A stretch of 64,000 bases of DNA from a virus, in the IMG/VR virus record IMGVR_UViG_3300021963_007958, one strand, 5' to 3'. The notes under the pieces were generated by a model. It saw nothing but the letters and a program-made list of their open reading frames with translations. It was not told the DNA's origin and searched no databases. This document shows, in pieces, positions 40,493-50,450 of this stretch; within the stretch, counting starts at the first letter, position 1, and each line of letters opens with the position of its first letter. The translations under genes and the position numbers were made by a program.

Positions 40493-41086
40493 TTATTTAT
40501 TTTTAATGAGAGTCATCGAAGGGAATTCAGAGAAAACTTTTATGTTTAAACCGGATTCATATTTAAAAAGAACCTCCCTAATCTTGGGTTTACTATACTT
40601 GATCATCCATTCACAATTATCTCTTTCCTCGCTTCCTCCTTCCATGATTAAAATTCCATCTTTGCTTAGTAGAGGAAGAAGATTATTTATGCAGAATTCA
40701 TATACCTTTCCGTCGTTTGCAACATCGACGTGAATGATATCAATTTCATTCCCAATAAAATCTGGAGAATTAAAAATATCTCCTTTATTAATTTTTAATC
40801 TGTTCGTAGGGACATTTGAATATTTATTGGAGATGTTTCCAAAATTTGCTGCATTGTAAGGAAAGTCCTCGAATAAGTCATAAGCTTCTATTAGACAATC
40901 TTCTGAGGTTGAATCCAGAAAACAATCTAATGAGTATCCGTCCAATATACCAAATTCTACTATCCTTTTGGGATCTTGGGCAAAACAAAGTGCTTTAAAA
41001 ACTTTGGAGAATTTTTCTTGGTGGTAGGAACTCCTTCCTGAGAATTCTTTATCAGAATTCAATAAATCTATCTTGGTGAGCATCAT
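40493..41086 (-). CDS. Class I SAM methyltransferase
   Basis: IVEFGILDGYS, IDIIHVD, GILIMEG. Confidence 0.65.
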   Translation of the reverse strand: MMLTKIDLLNSDKEFSGRSSYHQEKFSKVFKALCFAQDPKRIVEFGILDGYSLDCFLDSTSEDCLIEAYDLFEDFPYNAANFGNISNKYSNVPTNRLKINKGDIFNSPDFIGNEIDIIHVDVANDGKVYEFCINNLLPLLSKDGILIMEGGSEERDNCEWMIKYSKPKIREVLFKYESGLNIKVFSEFPSMTLIKNK

Positions 41087-41726
41087 GCCATAAAATGTTT
41101 AACTTGTGAGGGTAGTCTTGATATGTATCGAAATAATTTAAGTCCATAAATTTTTTAAACTCATATTCGATAGATTCTTTTTCTTTGACCATCCGATCAA
41201 GATCTACAGATTCTATGTATTTTTTTAGTTCTGTAGTTCCGATCATAAAAATTCCGGTGTAAAAATGATTATTTGGTTGATCTGGATAAAAAACCTTAAA
41301 AAGATTCCTAGGTGATTCTAGACAATTTTCTAAGAAGTCCGAGGATTGAAGTAGAGTTCTAGGTTCAAAGTGAAAAAACCATTTAAATTTTTTTATTGTA
41401 TCAAAGTGCTCCCTCCAGAGATCTATATCTCCTGCTCCTTTATTTTTTGATCCGTAGTAGTTCTTGTTATTAATCAAAATCTCCACATCGTTAGATAATA
41501 AAATTTCTAAAATGTGAGGGGGTAAATCCTCTTTCTTCTCGACTGTATTGTCTACAAAGAAAACCGAAGCTCTATTTTTAAAAGAAGACGAATCTAAATG
41601 TTCAAAAAATTTAATAAGACCCTTTGATATTTGATCTATCCTACCTTGACCTCTGTTCACAGCAATAGATACATCCCCTGGAGGATAAATAGCCGATCTT
41701 AGTTCGATAAAGATTTCTTTATTCAC
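41052..41726 (-). CDS. Hypothetical, possibly glycosyltransferase
   Basis: FVDNT, YGSKNKGAG; glycan island context. Confidence 0.45.
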   Translation of the reverse strand: MNKEIFIELRSAIYPPGDVSIAVNRGQGRIDQISKGLIKFFEHLDSSSFKNRASVFFVDNTVEKKEDLPPHILEILLSNDVEILINNKNYYGSKNKGAGDIDLWREHFDTIKKFKWFFHFEPRTLLQSSDFLENCLESPRNLFKVFYPDQPNNHFYTGIFMIGTTELKKYIESVDLDRMVKEKESIEYEFKKFMDLNYFDTYQDYPHKLNILWHDAHQDRFIEF

Positions 41727-42543
41727 CTAGTGTTCTTATCCATCTCTTTATACAAGCCTGAGGAGATAGAGTTTCGAGAATAAATTCTCGGGGTGAATAT
41801 AAATTTAAGTTATTCAGAAAATTCAAAAAATCTGATGAATATACATCGGGTGAAGAAATCATCCCACACCTTTCATCGAAATAGGAAGCTGAAGTACATG
41901 GGAGTTCTTTACCGGGAAAAAGGCTATCCCAAGGACCTCCTTGTTCGTCCCTCAGGTCTTTAGCTTCTATAACAAAAACGGGAGTATTACAACTTAGGGT
42001 TTCTTGTAGTGCAAATCCTTGACTTTCGTGAGTTCCGATCCAGATACAATAAGGAGCTCTAGAAATTGAGTGAAGGAAATTCTCCTCCTTATACTTCTGG
42101 GTATAGTCGAAAAAATCAAAATCGATTGCAGAAAAAGAAGATCTAAATCCATCTAAAATTCCTCGATCTCTCCTCTTGAAGTAAATAACAGGTTTTCCTA
42201 TCTTCTCTTGTGGACAGAATTTTCCTATGTCTACGGGGAAAGGCAGGGAGACAAATTTTTTATCTCCAAATAGCTGCTTAGTTAAATCTACTAACCAGGG
42301 ACTAAGAGAATTAAAGTAGTAATTTTCTCCGGTCGGAAAAGAGGAAAGTCTTTCTAAACTAACGTGGGGACCGTAAATAATTTTCCTTTTTCCGCCCAAT
42401 GGAGGACTAAAGGAGTCAGTGAACATGATCCAATCGTTTTCTGGGTCTTCAACACTCCACGAAAAATCTATTCCGTTCCCATTCATCAGATCTACCCCTA
42501 TTTGATTTTTATGGTGGAGTCCCCCTCTAATTCCTATCCTCAT
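41719..42543 (-). CDS. Putative GT-B glycosyltransferase
   Basis: IYGP, FPVD, YFKRR, HESQGFALQETLSCNTP. Confidence 0.65.
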   Translation of the reverse strand: MRIGIRGGLHHKNQIGVDLMNGNGIDFSWSVEDPENDWIMFTDSFSPPLGGKRKIIYGPHVSLERLSSFPTGENYYFNSLSPWLVDLTKQLFGDKKFVSLPFPVDIGKFCPQEKIGKPVIYFKRRDRGILDGFRSSFSAIDFDFFDYTQKYKEENFLHSISRAPYCIWIGTHESQGFALQETLSCNTPVFVIEAKDLRDEQGGPWDSLFPGKELPCTSASYFDERCGMISSPDVYSSDFLNFLNNLNLYSPREFILETLSPQACIKRWIRTLGE

Positions 42544-42544
42544 A

Positions 42545-43165
42545 TTATCTTATATAGAAAGCATCCCCCCATTCGAAAGGAGTCATTTCGGTTTCAACTC
42601 TTTTAAATCCCAATTCTCCAAGAAAAGAATCTAAATCCTCTATAGAATCGTTGTTTTTATAGACCTCTCCCGAATTAATCTCCGTATAGATGTATTTGAT
42701 ATTTTCTAGGTATTTTCCAAATCCCTTGAGAGCTTGAAGTTCTACTCCTTGAATATCCAGATTTACGAAATCAAAATCTTCTGGATTTATTTCATTTTTT
42801 TCTAGAAGAGAATCTACTCTTGTGGTTTTCATTTTTCTAGATTCAACAAAGTCCACATGTGGGTGATATTCCCGATGTTTACCAAATTCTAGAATAGACG
42901 AGGACTGGAGATTATTTGTGATGTTGAAATCAACCTCCTTTCCATCTTCAGAGTAAACAAGTCCAAAGAAGAGCTTTTGAGATTCCCCATCTACTCTATG
43001 GAGATTTCTGGAGACTAAATCCGGATTTCCTTCAACCCAAACTATTTTTGAAACCCCTCGGGAAAGATATTGTCCCATTTCTTCCAGTTCGTGGGCTCCT
43101 ATGTGAATTATACCTTTTGGGATAAATTGATATTTTTGACAGAGGTGAGAAAATTCTATTAACAT
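42545..43165 (-). CDS. FkbM-family methyltransferase
   Basis: IIHIGAH, WVEGNP, QSSSIL, NLDIQGVELQALKG, WGDAFY. Confidence 0.9.
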   Translation of the reverse strand: MLIEFSHLCQKYQFIPKGIIHIGAHELEEMGQYLSRGVSKIVWVEGNPDLVSRNLHRVDGESQKLFFGLVYSEDGKEVDFNITNNLQSSSILEFGKHREYHPHVDFVESRKMKTTRVDSLLEKNEINPEDFDFVNLDIQGVELQALKGFGKYLENIKYIYTEINSGEVYKNNDSIEDLDSFLGELGFKRVETEMTPFEWGDAFYIR

Positions 43166-43857
43166 TGTGCTTGTTTATTTCTAATTAAAATGTCCATGGG
43201 GGTAAGAGGTAATCTTTTTGCATTGAAGTTACTGGACGAATGAATTCTATGGTAAGTTAGACCCTCTTGTATATTATAAAAAGTCTTTCCTTTGTGAACC
43301 ATCTTAACCCAAACGTCATAATCTTCTAGTCCTTCTACAGCTGGATCCCATCCTCCAACTTCTCTAAAACAATCCGTTTTGACAAAGCATGAAGAATTTA
43401 TGATCTGATTGTGTCCTTCTAACATCAGATGGGAGATAACTTCATTAGTTTCATATAAACTTATTCTATGACCCGGACGATTGTCTTCATCTATGTAAGT
43501 TGTTAGAGTTCCAATCACATCCGCTTCTTCTAATCTTTTTACCTGTCTTCTAAGTTTATCCGAGTGCCACATATCATCTCCATCGATTAAACAGGTTATT
43601 TCAGTCTGAACTTCGCTTAACATCTTATTTAAAGTGATGGATTTACCAGATTCCATCCCATAGTCAAGATCAGAAAATCTAGAATCATTACCAACAAGAT
43701 CTTTGAATATGTCTTTGCTTCTATCCTTTGTCCCGTTAAATCCAACCAGACATTTAAATTTTGAATATGATTGGTTCTTTAAGCTTTCTAAACAGTGGCT
43801 CAAATATCTCTCGTCATTATGAACCGGTAATAATATAGTTATTAGATCTTTTCCCAT
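43159..43857 (-). CDS. GT2 glycosyltransferase
   Basis: LLPVHN, IDGDDMW, VGGWD, EDYDVW, HRIH. Confidence 0.88.
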   Translation of the reverse strand: MGKDLITILLPVHNDERYLSHCLESLKNQSYSKFKCLVGFNGTKDRSKDIFKDLVGNDSRFSDLDYGMESGKSITLNKMLSEVQTEITCLIDGDDMWHSDKLRRQVKRLEEADVIGTLTTYIDEDNRPGHRISLYETNEVISHLMLEGHNQIINSSCFVKTDCFREVGGWDPAVEGLEDYDVWVKMVHKGKTFYNIQEGLTYHRIHSSSNFNAKRLPLTPMDILIRNKQAQC

Positions 43858-44678
43858 CCCTCACAGTAAATTTCGCTTGCGTCTTTATTAATTGCTGGAC
43901 CAAACCATCTAGATGGAGCAATTACTTTTTTATCGATTTTAGTATTTAACCAAGCTCCCCACCAGCTATAAGAAGAATTTGCAATAATGTGATGGTCACA
44001 CAAAGTCATAATTCTTAGATCTGAATAAGGGCTTCCACTATTCACAAAGATAAATTGATCCCCTTTGAATTCCTCCCTGCACCAGTCAACATCATCAGAA
44101 AAAACCAAAAATCTAATTTTATCGGATCCAAATTTTCCCATAGAAGACTGGTAATAGTCTTTTGAACATACCGGGTGGTGGTCTGGATATAGTGTATAAT
44201 CACCTCTTCGGATATGAAGAGAGACTTTTTGATATTTGGGATCTATTTTAGAAATAAATTCCTGAGCAATACTTTCATATTCCTCCTTGAATTTTAGGAT
44301 GGAAAGAAGAAGATCCCTGTCCTCTTTGAAATATCTTTCGTCCTGGAAATACCCATAAAGATCCGTGTTTGGAGGAAGAGCTAAAACTTCAGGATTAAAT
44401 TTAAAATCTCTTTCTTGATAAATCGCCGAAGGTTTAATTTCTTCCATCGATTTAAAATACCCCGATGGGATATCAAAGCAGTCCAATAAGTCACACTTCA
44501 CGTTCATCATCTGACCAGTCTTTGGATCTATTGGCCCATTTGACATAAATCTAGAGCAGTTTTCTATTGGAAAAGATACTTCATATCCTCTTTTCTTAGA
44601 TATACCAACTGCTGAAGAAAATTGAAATAACTGATTTCCTAGTCTTCCAAGATAACCTATGCTTCTGAAATAAATCAT
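43842..44678 (-). CDS. GT11 alpha-1,2-fucosyltransferase
   Basis: GRLGNQLFQ, GYFQDERYF, LHIRRGDY, FSDD, IIANSSYSWWGAWL, APSRWF. Confidence 0.95.
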   Translation of the reverse strand: MIYFRSIGYLGRLGNQLFQFSSAVGISKKRGYEVSFPIENCSRFMSNGPIDPKTGQMMNVKCDLLDCFDIPSGYFKSMEEIKPSAIYQERDFKFNPEVLALPPNTDLYGYFQDERYFKEDRDLLLSILKFKEEYESIAQEFISKIDPKYQKVSLHIRRGDYTLYPDHHPVCSKDYYQSSMGKFGSDKIRFLVFSDDVDWCREEFKGDQFIFVNSGSPYSDLRIMTLCDHHIIANSSYSWWGAWLNTKIDKKVIAPSRWFGPAINKDASEIYCEGWEKI

Positions 44679-44684
44679 CTTAGT

Positions 44685-44741
44685 CCTATAGAAGAAATAT
44701 AGACCATTGTTTCGAAACTATGACGAGTAATTATCTATAAT
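44685..44741. promoter_or_regulatory. Back-to-back GAAAC-type promoters sharing the GTTTCGAAAC palindrome
   Basis: + strand GAAAC(44714)-N17-TATAAT(44736); - strand GAAAC(44713)-N18-TATAGG. Confidence 0.5.
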
Positions 44742-44748
44742 ATTAGAA

Positions 44749-45420
44749 ATGAGTGAAAAATTAGCTATCGTAGTTCCGTATAGAGACAGAGAAGAACATC
44801 TAAAAAAGTTTCTACCTGCCATGAAGAGGTGCGATTTTCTTGACGGAATAGATTACGAGATTCTAATAGTAGAACAAGAAGAGGGTAAACCATTTAATAG
44901 AGGTAAGCTTTTAAATATCGGAGCAATACAGTCACACACGGCAAGCTACTATTGCTTTCACGATGTCGATATGCTTCCTATGGTTTCGGACTATTCATAC
45001 GTTTCTACCCCAACACATCTGGCTGCAGAAGCAGAGCAGTTTGGATTTAAACTTCCGTATCAAGGATATTTTGGTGGTGTTACTTTGTTCGATAAACACT
45101 CTTTTATTAAAGTGAACGGATACTCTAACGACTATTGGGGATGGGGAGCAGAAGATGATGATGTAATGTTTAGATGCCTAGTGAATGACGTTAAACCATC
45201 TCGGAAGAACGGAAAATACAGATCTTTAGATCACAAAAGAATTATTCTACAGGATCTCTACGAAGAGAATCTTAAAAAATATTTCGAGTTTAAAAATGCC
45301 CCAAACAGGGAGAAAATTATAGAGGACATTAAGTCGGATGGATTGACAACTCTTGAATATGAAGTTTTAGAGGAAAGAGATTTAGAAGATAAAGTGAAAC
45401 TCATAAAAGTAAGAATTTAA
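44749..45420 (+). CDS. GT7 beta-1,4-galactosyltransferase-like
   Basis: IVVPYRDR, FNRGKLLNIG, FHDVD, YFGGV, NGYSNDYWGWGAEDDD. Confidence 0.95.
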   Translation: MSEKLAIVVPYRDREEHLKKFLPAMKRCDFLDGIDYEILIVEQEEGKPFNRGKLLNIGAIQSHTASYYCFHDVDMLPMVSDYSYVSTPTHLAAEAEQFGFKLPYQGYFGGVTLFDKHSFIKVNGYSNDYWGWGAEDDDVMFRCLVNDVKPSRKNGKYRSLDHKRIILQDLYEENLKKYFEFKNAPNREKIIEDIKSDGLTTLEYEVLEERDLEDKVKLIKVRI

Positions 45421-45453
45421 GATATATAGGACTTTAAAAGAAGTCCAAAGAAA

Positions 45454-46011
45454 GTGCTATCAATTAAAGGAGTAGATACCGGAAACAGGCTAGTTATTTT
45501 TGATCTAGATGATACATTGGTTACCACTGATGCAAAGATTAAAATAGTAGACAGAAAAACTGGAAAAATCATCAAAGAGATGACTCCCCAAGAGTTTAAC
45601 ACATTCGAGTCTAAGTCCAGGAGACACATTCTAAACTTTGAAGATTTCTTAAGTCCCGAGATTTTAAGACAGGGAAAATTCATTCATGAAATTTTTAACA
45701 AGCTCAAGAGTTACTACAAAAGAGGAATTCCAGTTTCGATTGTTACTGCTAGAAGCTCTTCTGACTTGGTCAGAGACTTCTTTCTGGACCAGGGAATAGA
45801 TATACATCCTCAGCTAGTAATAGCAATCAACGATCCCCAGTATGAATACAAGGGAAGTGTTGCTGAAAGAAAACAAGAAGCAATTAGGGACTTGATAGAC
45901 CTTGGATTTAAACATCTAACTTTCTTCGACGATAGCGAAGATAATCTTAGACTAGCCAAAGAAATTGAAGGATATAAAGGGTCAACTATTAAATTAATTA
46001 AAGTAGACTAG
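45454..46011 (+). CDS. HAD-superfamily phosphatase-like protein
   Basis: FDLDDTL, IVTAR, K, FFDD; GATATATA at 45421; GTG start. Confidence 0.8.
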   Translation: MLSIKGVDTGNRLVIFDLDDTLVTTDAKIKIVDRKTGKIIKEMTPQEFNTFESKSRRHILNFEDFLSPEILRQGKFIHEIFNKLKSYYKRGIPVSIVTARSSSDLVRDFFLDQGIDIHPQLVIAINDPQYEYKGSVAERKQEAIRDLIDLGFKHLTFFDDSEDNLRLAKEIEGYKGSTIKLIKVD

Positions 46012-46229
46012 AGTCCACTTCTTAGATCATCTAGAGATCTAGGAATTGTAAGTCTTAGGTGTTCTAAATTTTTATCTAGAATTTCAGGGCTCACCTGCCT
46101 GGTTAATATCTGAACAGTTTCTAGAACTCCAAGAGCAAATCCCAATTTACCTTTTAAAAGAGCATTCTCCTCTAAAAGTTTAATTTCTCTATCGGAGAGA
46201 TTTTCTCCTGTGGATTTATTTTTTGTCAT
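46008..46229 (-). CDS. Hypothetical protein
   Basis: 73-aa ORF. Confidence 0.45.
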   Translation of the reverse strand: MTKNKSTGENLSDREIKLLEENALLKGKLGFALGVLETVQILTRQVSPEILDKNLEHLRLTIPRSLDDLRSGL

Positions 46230-46278
46230 AGTGAATATAAATTATCTATTCAAGAGACAAAAAATTCAAAAATTTTAA

Positions 46279-46602
46279 TCAGAATAGGGACTTAACGTGT
46301 CTTGCAGCAACATCAAAAACAGAATTCTTTGCATCTGTCTTCGGCCAATTACCGGCAAAAGCTAACATTTGTGCAGCTTTAGCCTGAATATCCTTCTTTG
46401 GAACTACATTCTTTCTTTCAAGAGCATGAACTAGATCTTCGGCTAGTTTTCTTCCACTCTTATAAACGTCTGAAATTTTCTTATCTTCTGGTATATCTAG
46501 AAGTTCGTGCATCAGATTCTTTCTGATACCGGACGTGTCGATGTCTTTTTTTGACTCGTTCAAATCTTGAACAAAGTCCCCATAAGATGATAAGTTTTTC
46601 AT
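46279..46602 (-). CDS. Hypothetical protein with capsid-targeting-like N-terminus
   Basis: MKNLSSYGDFVQDLNES. Confidence 0.6.
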   Translation of the reverse strand: MKNLSSYGDFVQDLNESKKDIDTSGIRKNLMHELLDIPEDKKISDVYKSGRKLAEDLVHALERKNVVPKKDIQAKAAQMLAFAGNWPKTDAKNSVFDVAARHVKSLF

Positions 46603-46605
46603 TGA

Positions 46606-46806
46606 TTAGTTATTTTTTTCTTCCTGGTCCCTGCGGAACTGCTGGTATTTTGCCTTTCTAATCTCCTCTCTTCTAACTACAGATTTTTTTACAAATTCTT
46701 GTTTTTCAAAGAGTTGCTCTCTAGTTTTATTCTTGGTGAATTTATACTTCAATTTCTTGAGAGCAGAGTCTAGTGACTTTTCTTTCTTTAGGTCAATTAT
46801 AATCAT
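46606..46806 (-). CDS. rpsU: Ribosomal protein bS21
   Basis: MIIIDLKKEKSLDSALKKLKYKF...EFVKKSVVRREEIRKAKY. Confidence 0.9.
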   Translation of the reverse strand: MIIIDLKKEKSLDSALKKLKYKFTKNKTREQLFEKQEFVKKSVVRREEIRKAKYQQFRRDQEEKNN

Positions 46807-46823
46807 GGTTTTATATATCCAAT

Positions 46824-48932
46824 TTATTCTTCTGATTTAGGATTAACTATTTTTACCTTTACCGGGGGTTCAGATTCTTCGTCTTTCTTCGGGTCGAATG
46901 ATAGTGTGATCTTAGATCCAATTTCTACTTTTTTAGATACAACCAGTTCTGCAATAGTGTCTTCCACATATTTCTGGAGAAGCCTACGGAGAGGTCTAGC
47001 CCCAAATTTGGGATCATATCCCTTTTCTGCAATCTTCTCTTTTAAATCCTTAGTAATTGTTAATTTGTATCCAATCTCCTCGAATCTAGGGGTCATCTTC
47101 TTAATTTCTACGTCGATGATTTTAATTAGATCTTCCTGCGTTAGAGAATTGAAGTAGATAATCTCATCCAATCTGTTAATAAATTCCGGCGGGAACATCT
47201 TTTCGAGTTCTTTTCTAATTGTGTTCTTAGTTTCCTTTTCCCTCACATCCTCTCTCTGTGCACCAAATCCAACTCCTCCTCCAAATTCTGCAGCCTTCCT
47301 TTGACCTACGTTTGAAGTGAGAATAATTAGACAATTCTTAAAGTTAATTTTTCTTCCTAGACCATCTGTTATGGTTCCTTCGTCTAGAATTTGAAGGAGT
47401 GTATTAAAAATATCAGGATGTGCTTTTTCAATCTCGTCAAATAAAACAACCGAATATGGTTTTCTTCTGACTTTTTCTGTTAACTGTCCTCCTTCTTCGT
47501 GTCCAACATACCCCGGAGGAGCTCCGATCAATTTAGTTGAGTTAAATTTTTCCATGTATTCTGACATGTCAACTCTAATCATTGCATCAGCATCTCCAAA
47601 AATTAATTTAGCAAGTTCTTTAGCAAGCTGAGTTTTACCAACCCCAGTAGGACCCAAGAAAACAAAAGAACCGATTGGTCGGTTTGGGTCCTTAAGACCG
47701 ATCCTATTTCTAAGAATTGCTTTAGTTATTTTTTCAACTGCTTCGTTTTGACCAATGACTCTAGATTTTAGAGTGTCAGCCATTACTGCAAGTTTATCGT
47801 TTTCATTCTGACTGATCTTCTGCAAAGGAATTCCGGTCATCATAGAAACTACCTCTGCAACTTTTTCTCCGTCTACAATCTTTCTTTTCTCCTTGATCTT
47901 CTTCTCCCAGACTTCCGTTTCCATTTCAATTGAGACTTTAATTTTTCTCTCAAGGTCTCTAAATTTAGCAGCTCCTTCATAGTCCTGTCTAGCAACACAG
48001 TCTTTCTTATCTGCAGTTGTTTTTTCTAAACTCTTCTCTAGGGCAATTAGAGCATCTGGAACTTTAACCTGAGTAAGCTGAGATCTGCTGCCTGCTTCGT
48101 CTAGGGCATCCAAAGCCTTGTCCGGAAAGTTTCTGTCTGTGATATACCTTTCTGTTAGTTTAACACAGTTTATGATCGCATCCTCTGTGTATTCAACATT
48201 GTGGTGTTCCTCATATTTAGACTTGATATTGTTCAGGATTGTGATCGTCTCTTCCGTGGTAGGTGGTTCGATTAGAACTTTCTGAAATCTTCTTTCCAAA
48301 GCACCATCTTTCTCAATGTATTGTCTATATTCATTCAGAGTTGTTGCACCAACACATTGAAATTCCCCCCTTGCAAGAGCAGGTTTAACCATGTTTGAAG
48401 CATCCAATGATCCGGATGATCCTCCAGCTCCGACCAAGGTGTGGAGCTCGTCGATGAATACAATTACATCCGGGTTCTTTTTAAGTTCCTCTATAATTGC
48501 TTTCATTCTCTCCTCAAACTGACCTCTATATTTAGTTCCTGCCACGATCGAACCCATGTCTAAACTAACTACTCTTTTGTTGAGTAGGTTTCTAGAAACC
48601 TTTCTCTGAACGATCCTAAGGGCTAGCCCTTCTGCGATAGCAGATTTACCAACTCCAGGATCTCCGATTAGAACAGGATTGTTCTTCTTTCTCCTTGCTA
48701 AGATCTGAGAAACTCTTTCGATCTCAGAATCTCTTCCCACAATAGGATCTAATTTTCCTCCTGCTGCAAGAGTTGTTAAATCTCGGCTGAAGGAATCCAG
48801 TGCGGGTGTGTTAGATGAGGTTGGGTTTGATCTGTAGATTGGGGTGTCGTCTCTGTCATCGTCGTCATCGTCCATTCCCATTGCTCCGTTGAGGATTTTA
48901 GGAAAAATTTCTATTGGGTTCTCTCTCTTCAT
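46824..48932 (-). CDS. clpC: ClpC-type Hsp100 ATPase lacking the N-terminal Clp repeat domain
   Basis: [27 protein letters not shown]-like [33 protein letters not shown]. Confidence 0.92.
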   Translation of the reverse strand: MKRENPIEIFPKILNGAMGMDDDDDDRDDTPIYRSNPTSSNTPALDSFSRDLTTLAAGGKLDPIVGRDSEIERVSQILARRKKNNPVLIGDPGVGKSAIAEGLALRIVQRKVSRNLLNKRVVSLDMGSIVAGTKYRGQFEERMKAIIEELKKNPDVIVFIDELHTLVGAGGSSGSLDASNMVKPALARGEFQCVGATTLNEYRQYIEKDGALERRFQKVLIEPPTTEETITILNNIKSKYEEHHNVEYTEDAIINCVKLTERYITDRNFPDKALDALDEAGSRSQLTQVKVPDALIALEKSLEKTTADKKDCVARQDYEGAAKFRDLERKIKVSIEMETEVWEKKIKEKRKIVDGEKVAEVVSMMTGIPLQKISQNENDKLAVMADTLKSRVIGQNEAVEKITKAILRNRIGLKDPNRPIGSFVFLGPTGVGKTQLAKELAKLIFGDADAMIRVDMSEYMEKFNSTKLIGAPPGYVGHEEGGQLTEKVRRKPYSVVLFDEIEKAHPDIFNTLLQILDEGTITDGLGRKINFKNCLIILTSNVGQRKAAEFGGGVGFGAQREDVREKETKNTIRKELEKMFPPEFINRLDEIIYFNSLTQEDLIKIIDVEIKKMTPRFEEIGYKLTITKDLKEKIAEKGYDPKFGARPLRRLLQKYVEDTIAELVVSKKVEIGSKITLSFDPKKDEESEPPVKVKIVNPKSEE

Positions 48933-48979
48933 AATATTCTTTTATTATAGATAAAATTCCCAAAAAGTATTCGTTCAGT

Positions 48980-49240
48980 CTAGGAACTAACCCATTTATT
49001 AATCTCGTCTGGGCTGGGATATCCAATCTCTAACTGACATTCGTCGCAAACTTTGCGCAGAGAGAAAGTGTTATCAGATCCAGATGGACAATTTTTAAGG
49101 GAATACTTTGGATGTGAGCAAGAACTTTGTATTCCTCCTAGTTCTTTTTCCAATGCCTTTATTTCACTGACTATCTTCTGAGTAGTACTAGAAATTTCCT
49201 GAGGCTGACTCTGTGACGAGTCGCTTTCATTTGCTTCCAT
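48980..49240 (-). CDS. Small Cys/His-rich hypothetical protein
   Basis: CSH...C...CDEC; AATATATA box at 49263-49270. Confidence 0.55.
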   Translation of the reverse strand: MEANESDSSQSQPQEISSTTQKIVSEIKALEKELGGIQSSCSHPKYSLKNCPSGSDNTFSLRKVCDECQLEIGYPSPDEINKWVSS

Positions 49241-49288
49241 AATTGGCCAATAAAATTTAGGCTATATATTACCTGTAAATCTAACTCG

Positions 49289-49909
49289 TTAGAATTTTCC
49301 GTACGGATTAACTTTATAATCCCAAGCCCACTGAAGGAGACCCTGACAGGTTTTTTGATATTTGTACTCTGCTTGATCTAGAGGGACATTTGCTTTTTCA
49401 CAGTATCCATTTAGCATCCCCCAGTGTCTTTTAACGAAAGCTCTAAATCTGTTAATCTGTCTAAAATCATCTTTATGTCTTCTTCCGTAGTAGAATCTAA
49501 TATACCAATTAAACCATCCATATGGATCGTCCGAGTGAATCCACTTATTTTCTAACCAAGCAGTGTGATCTAGCCCAGCCCTTATTCCATACCGATTCAG
49601 AGAAAATTTTTGTGGGTATAAAAGAATCTTCAACCTCATTTCCTCGTTCAATTGCTCAGAAAAAATTGGAACCAGATTTAAAATCTTTCTGAACTCGCTC
49701 TCGTCAACGTCTTTAATTCCAAAATATCCGTGACCAAATATCCCAAGTTCTATCATCCGTAGTGGTGAATAACAGGTAGAAAAATTCTTGTTATCTTTAA
49801 ATGAGATGACTCCGTTTTCGGCTACAACTAGACTCGGAACTCTCTCATTAGGATAAAAATTTCTATCGGGTTCAACCGGGTTACCGGGAAATAAAATAGA
49901 GCTCTTCAT
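49289..49909 (-). CDS. Conserved hypothetical protein
   Basis: MIELGIFG, DPYGWFNWYIRFYYGRR..DDFRQI, QGLLQWAWD. Confidence 0.65.
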   Translation of the reverse strand: MKSSILFPGNPVEPDRNFYPNERVPSLVVAENGVISFKDNKNFSTCYSPLRMIELGIFGHGYFGIKDVDESEFRKILNLVPIFSEQLNEEMRLKILLYPQKFSLNRYGIRAGLDHTAWLENKWIHSDDPYGWFNWYIRFYYGRRHKDDFRQINRFRAFVKRHWGMLNGYCEKANVPLDQAEYKYQKTCQGLLQWAWDYKVNPYGKF

Positions 49910-50373
49910 TATCTACAAATAGAGTCAGCAATTGAAATAGCCCAAGGAGACTTAGATTTCCATCTAGCTGAAATCCCCATGGACTCAACCATTCCGACTG
50001 CAGATGAAAGCAGTGTATTTGATTGGTACTTAGGATCTGGATTCAAATCAATATCAATAAAGTCTGGTTTACCAAATCCCCAACTCTCTAAAAGATGAGC
50101 TGCAGAAACACTCAGTTCAACTTCTTTCCAAAGTCTTTCAAATCTAGATCTAATCCTATCTTCCGACTGTCTACTGTAGATTACGTGTCCCCCTTTGCTC
50201 TCTTTATGAAGAACTATCACGGTGGCAAAAGTCGTCTTATCACCTAAGTTGCTAGAGTCGCAACCGATGTAAATTTTACAACCCGGATTACTGTCGATCC
50301 AGTCAGATAGATGAGATACCGGATTGATTATCCTCCGGTCACTTAGACTTCTCCATTCATTTAACATTTCCAT
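49909..50373 (-). CDS. RNase H-like YkuK (DUF458) family protein
   Basis: IYIGCDS, FATVIVLH, GGHVIY, RLWKEVELS, IDLN, IADS. Confidence 0.85.
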   Translation of the reverse strand: MEMLNEWRSLSDRRIINPVSHLSDWIDSNPGCKIYIGCDSSNLGDKTTFATVIVLHKESKGGHVIYSRQSEDRIRSRFERLWKEVELSVSAAHLLESWGFGKPDFIDIDLNPDPKYQSNTLLSSAVGMVESMGISARWKSKSPWAISIADSICR

Positions 50374-50450
50374 GATATTATAATATACGTATTGGAACTA
50401 AAAATTTCCTATGCCTTATGATATATACTTAAAAATAATATTTACCAGTA

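Noticed and set aside
1579-45420. Bacterial O-antigen/capsule locus on a chromosome
   Set aside because: Interspersed with T4-like gp41/46/47/UvsX, neck and tail genes, and lacks wzx/wzy/wzz-type membrane proteins.
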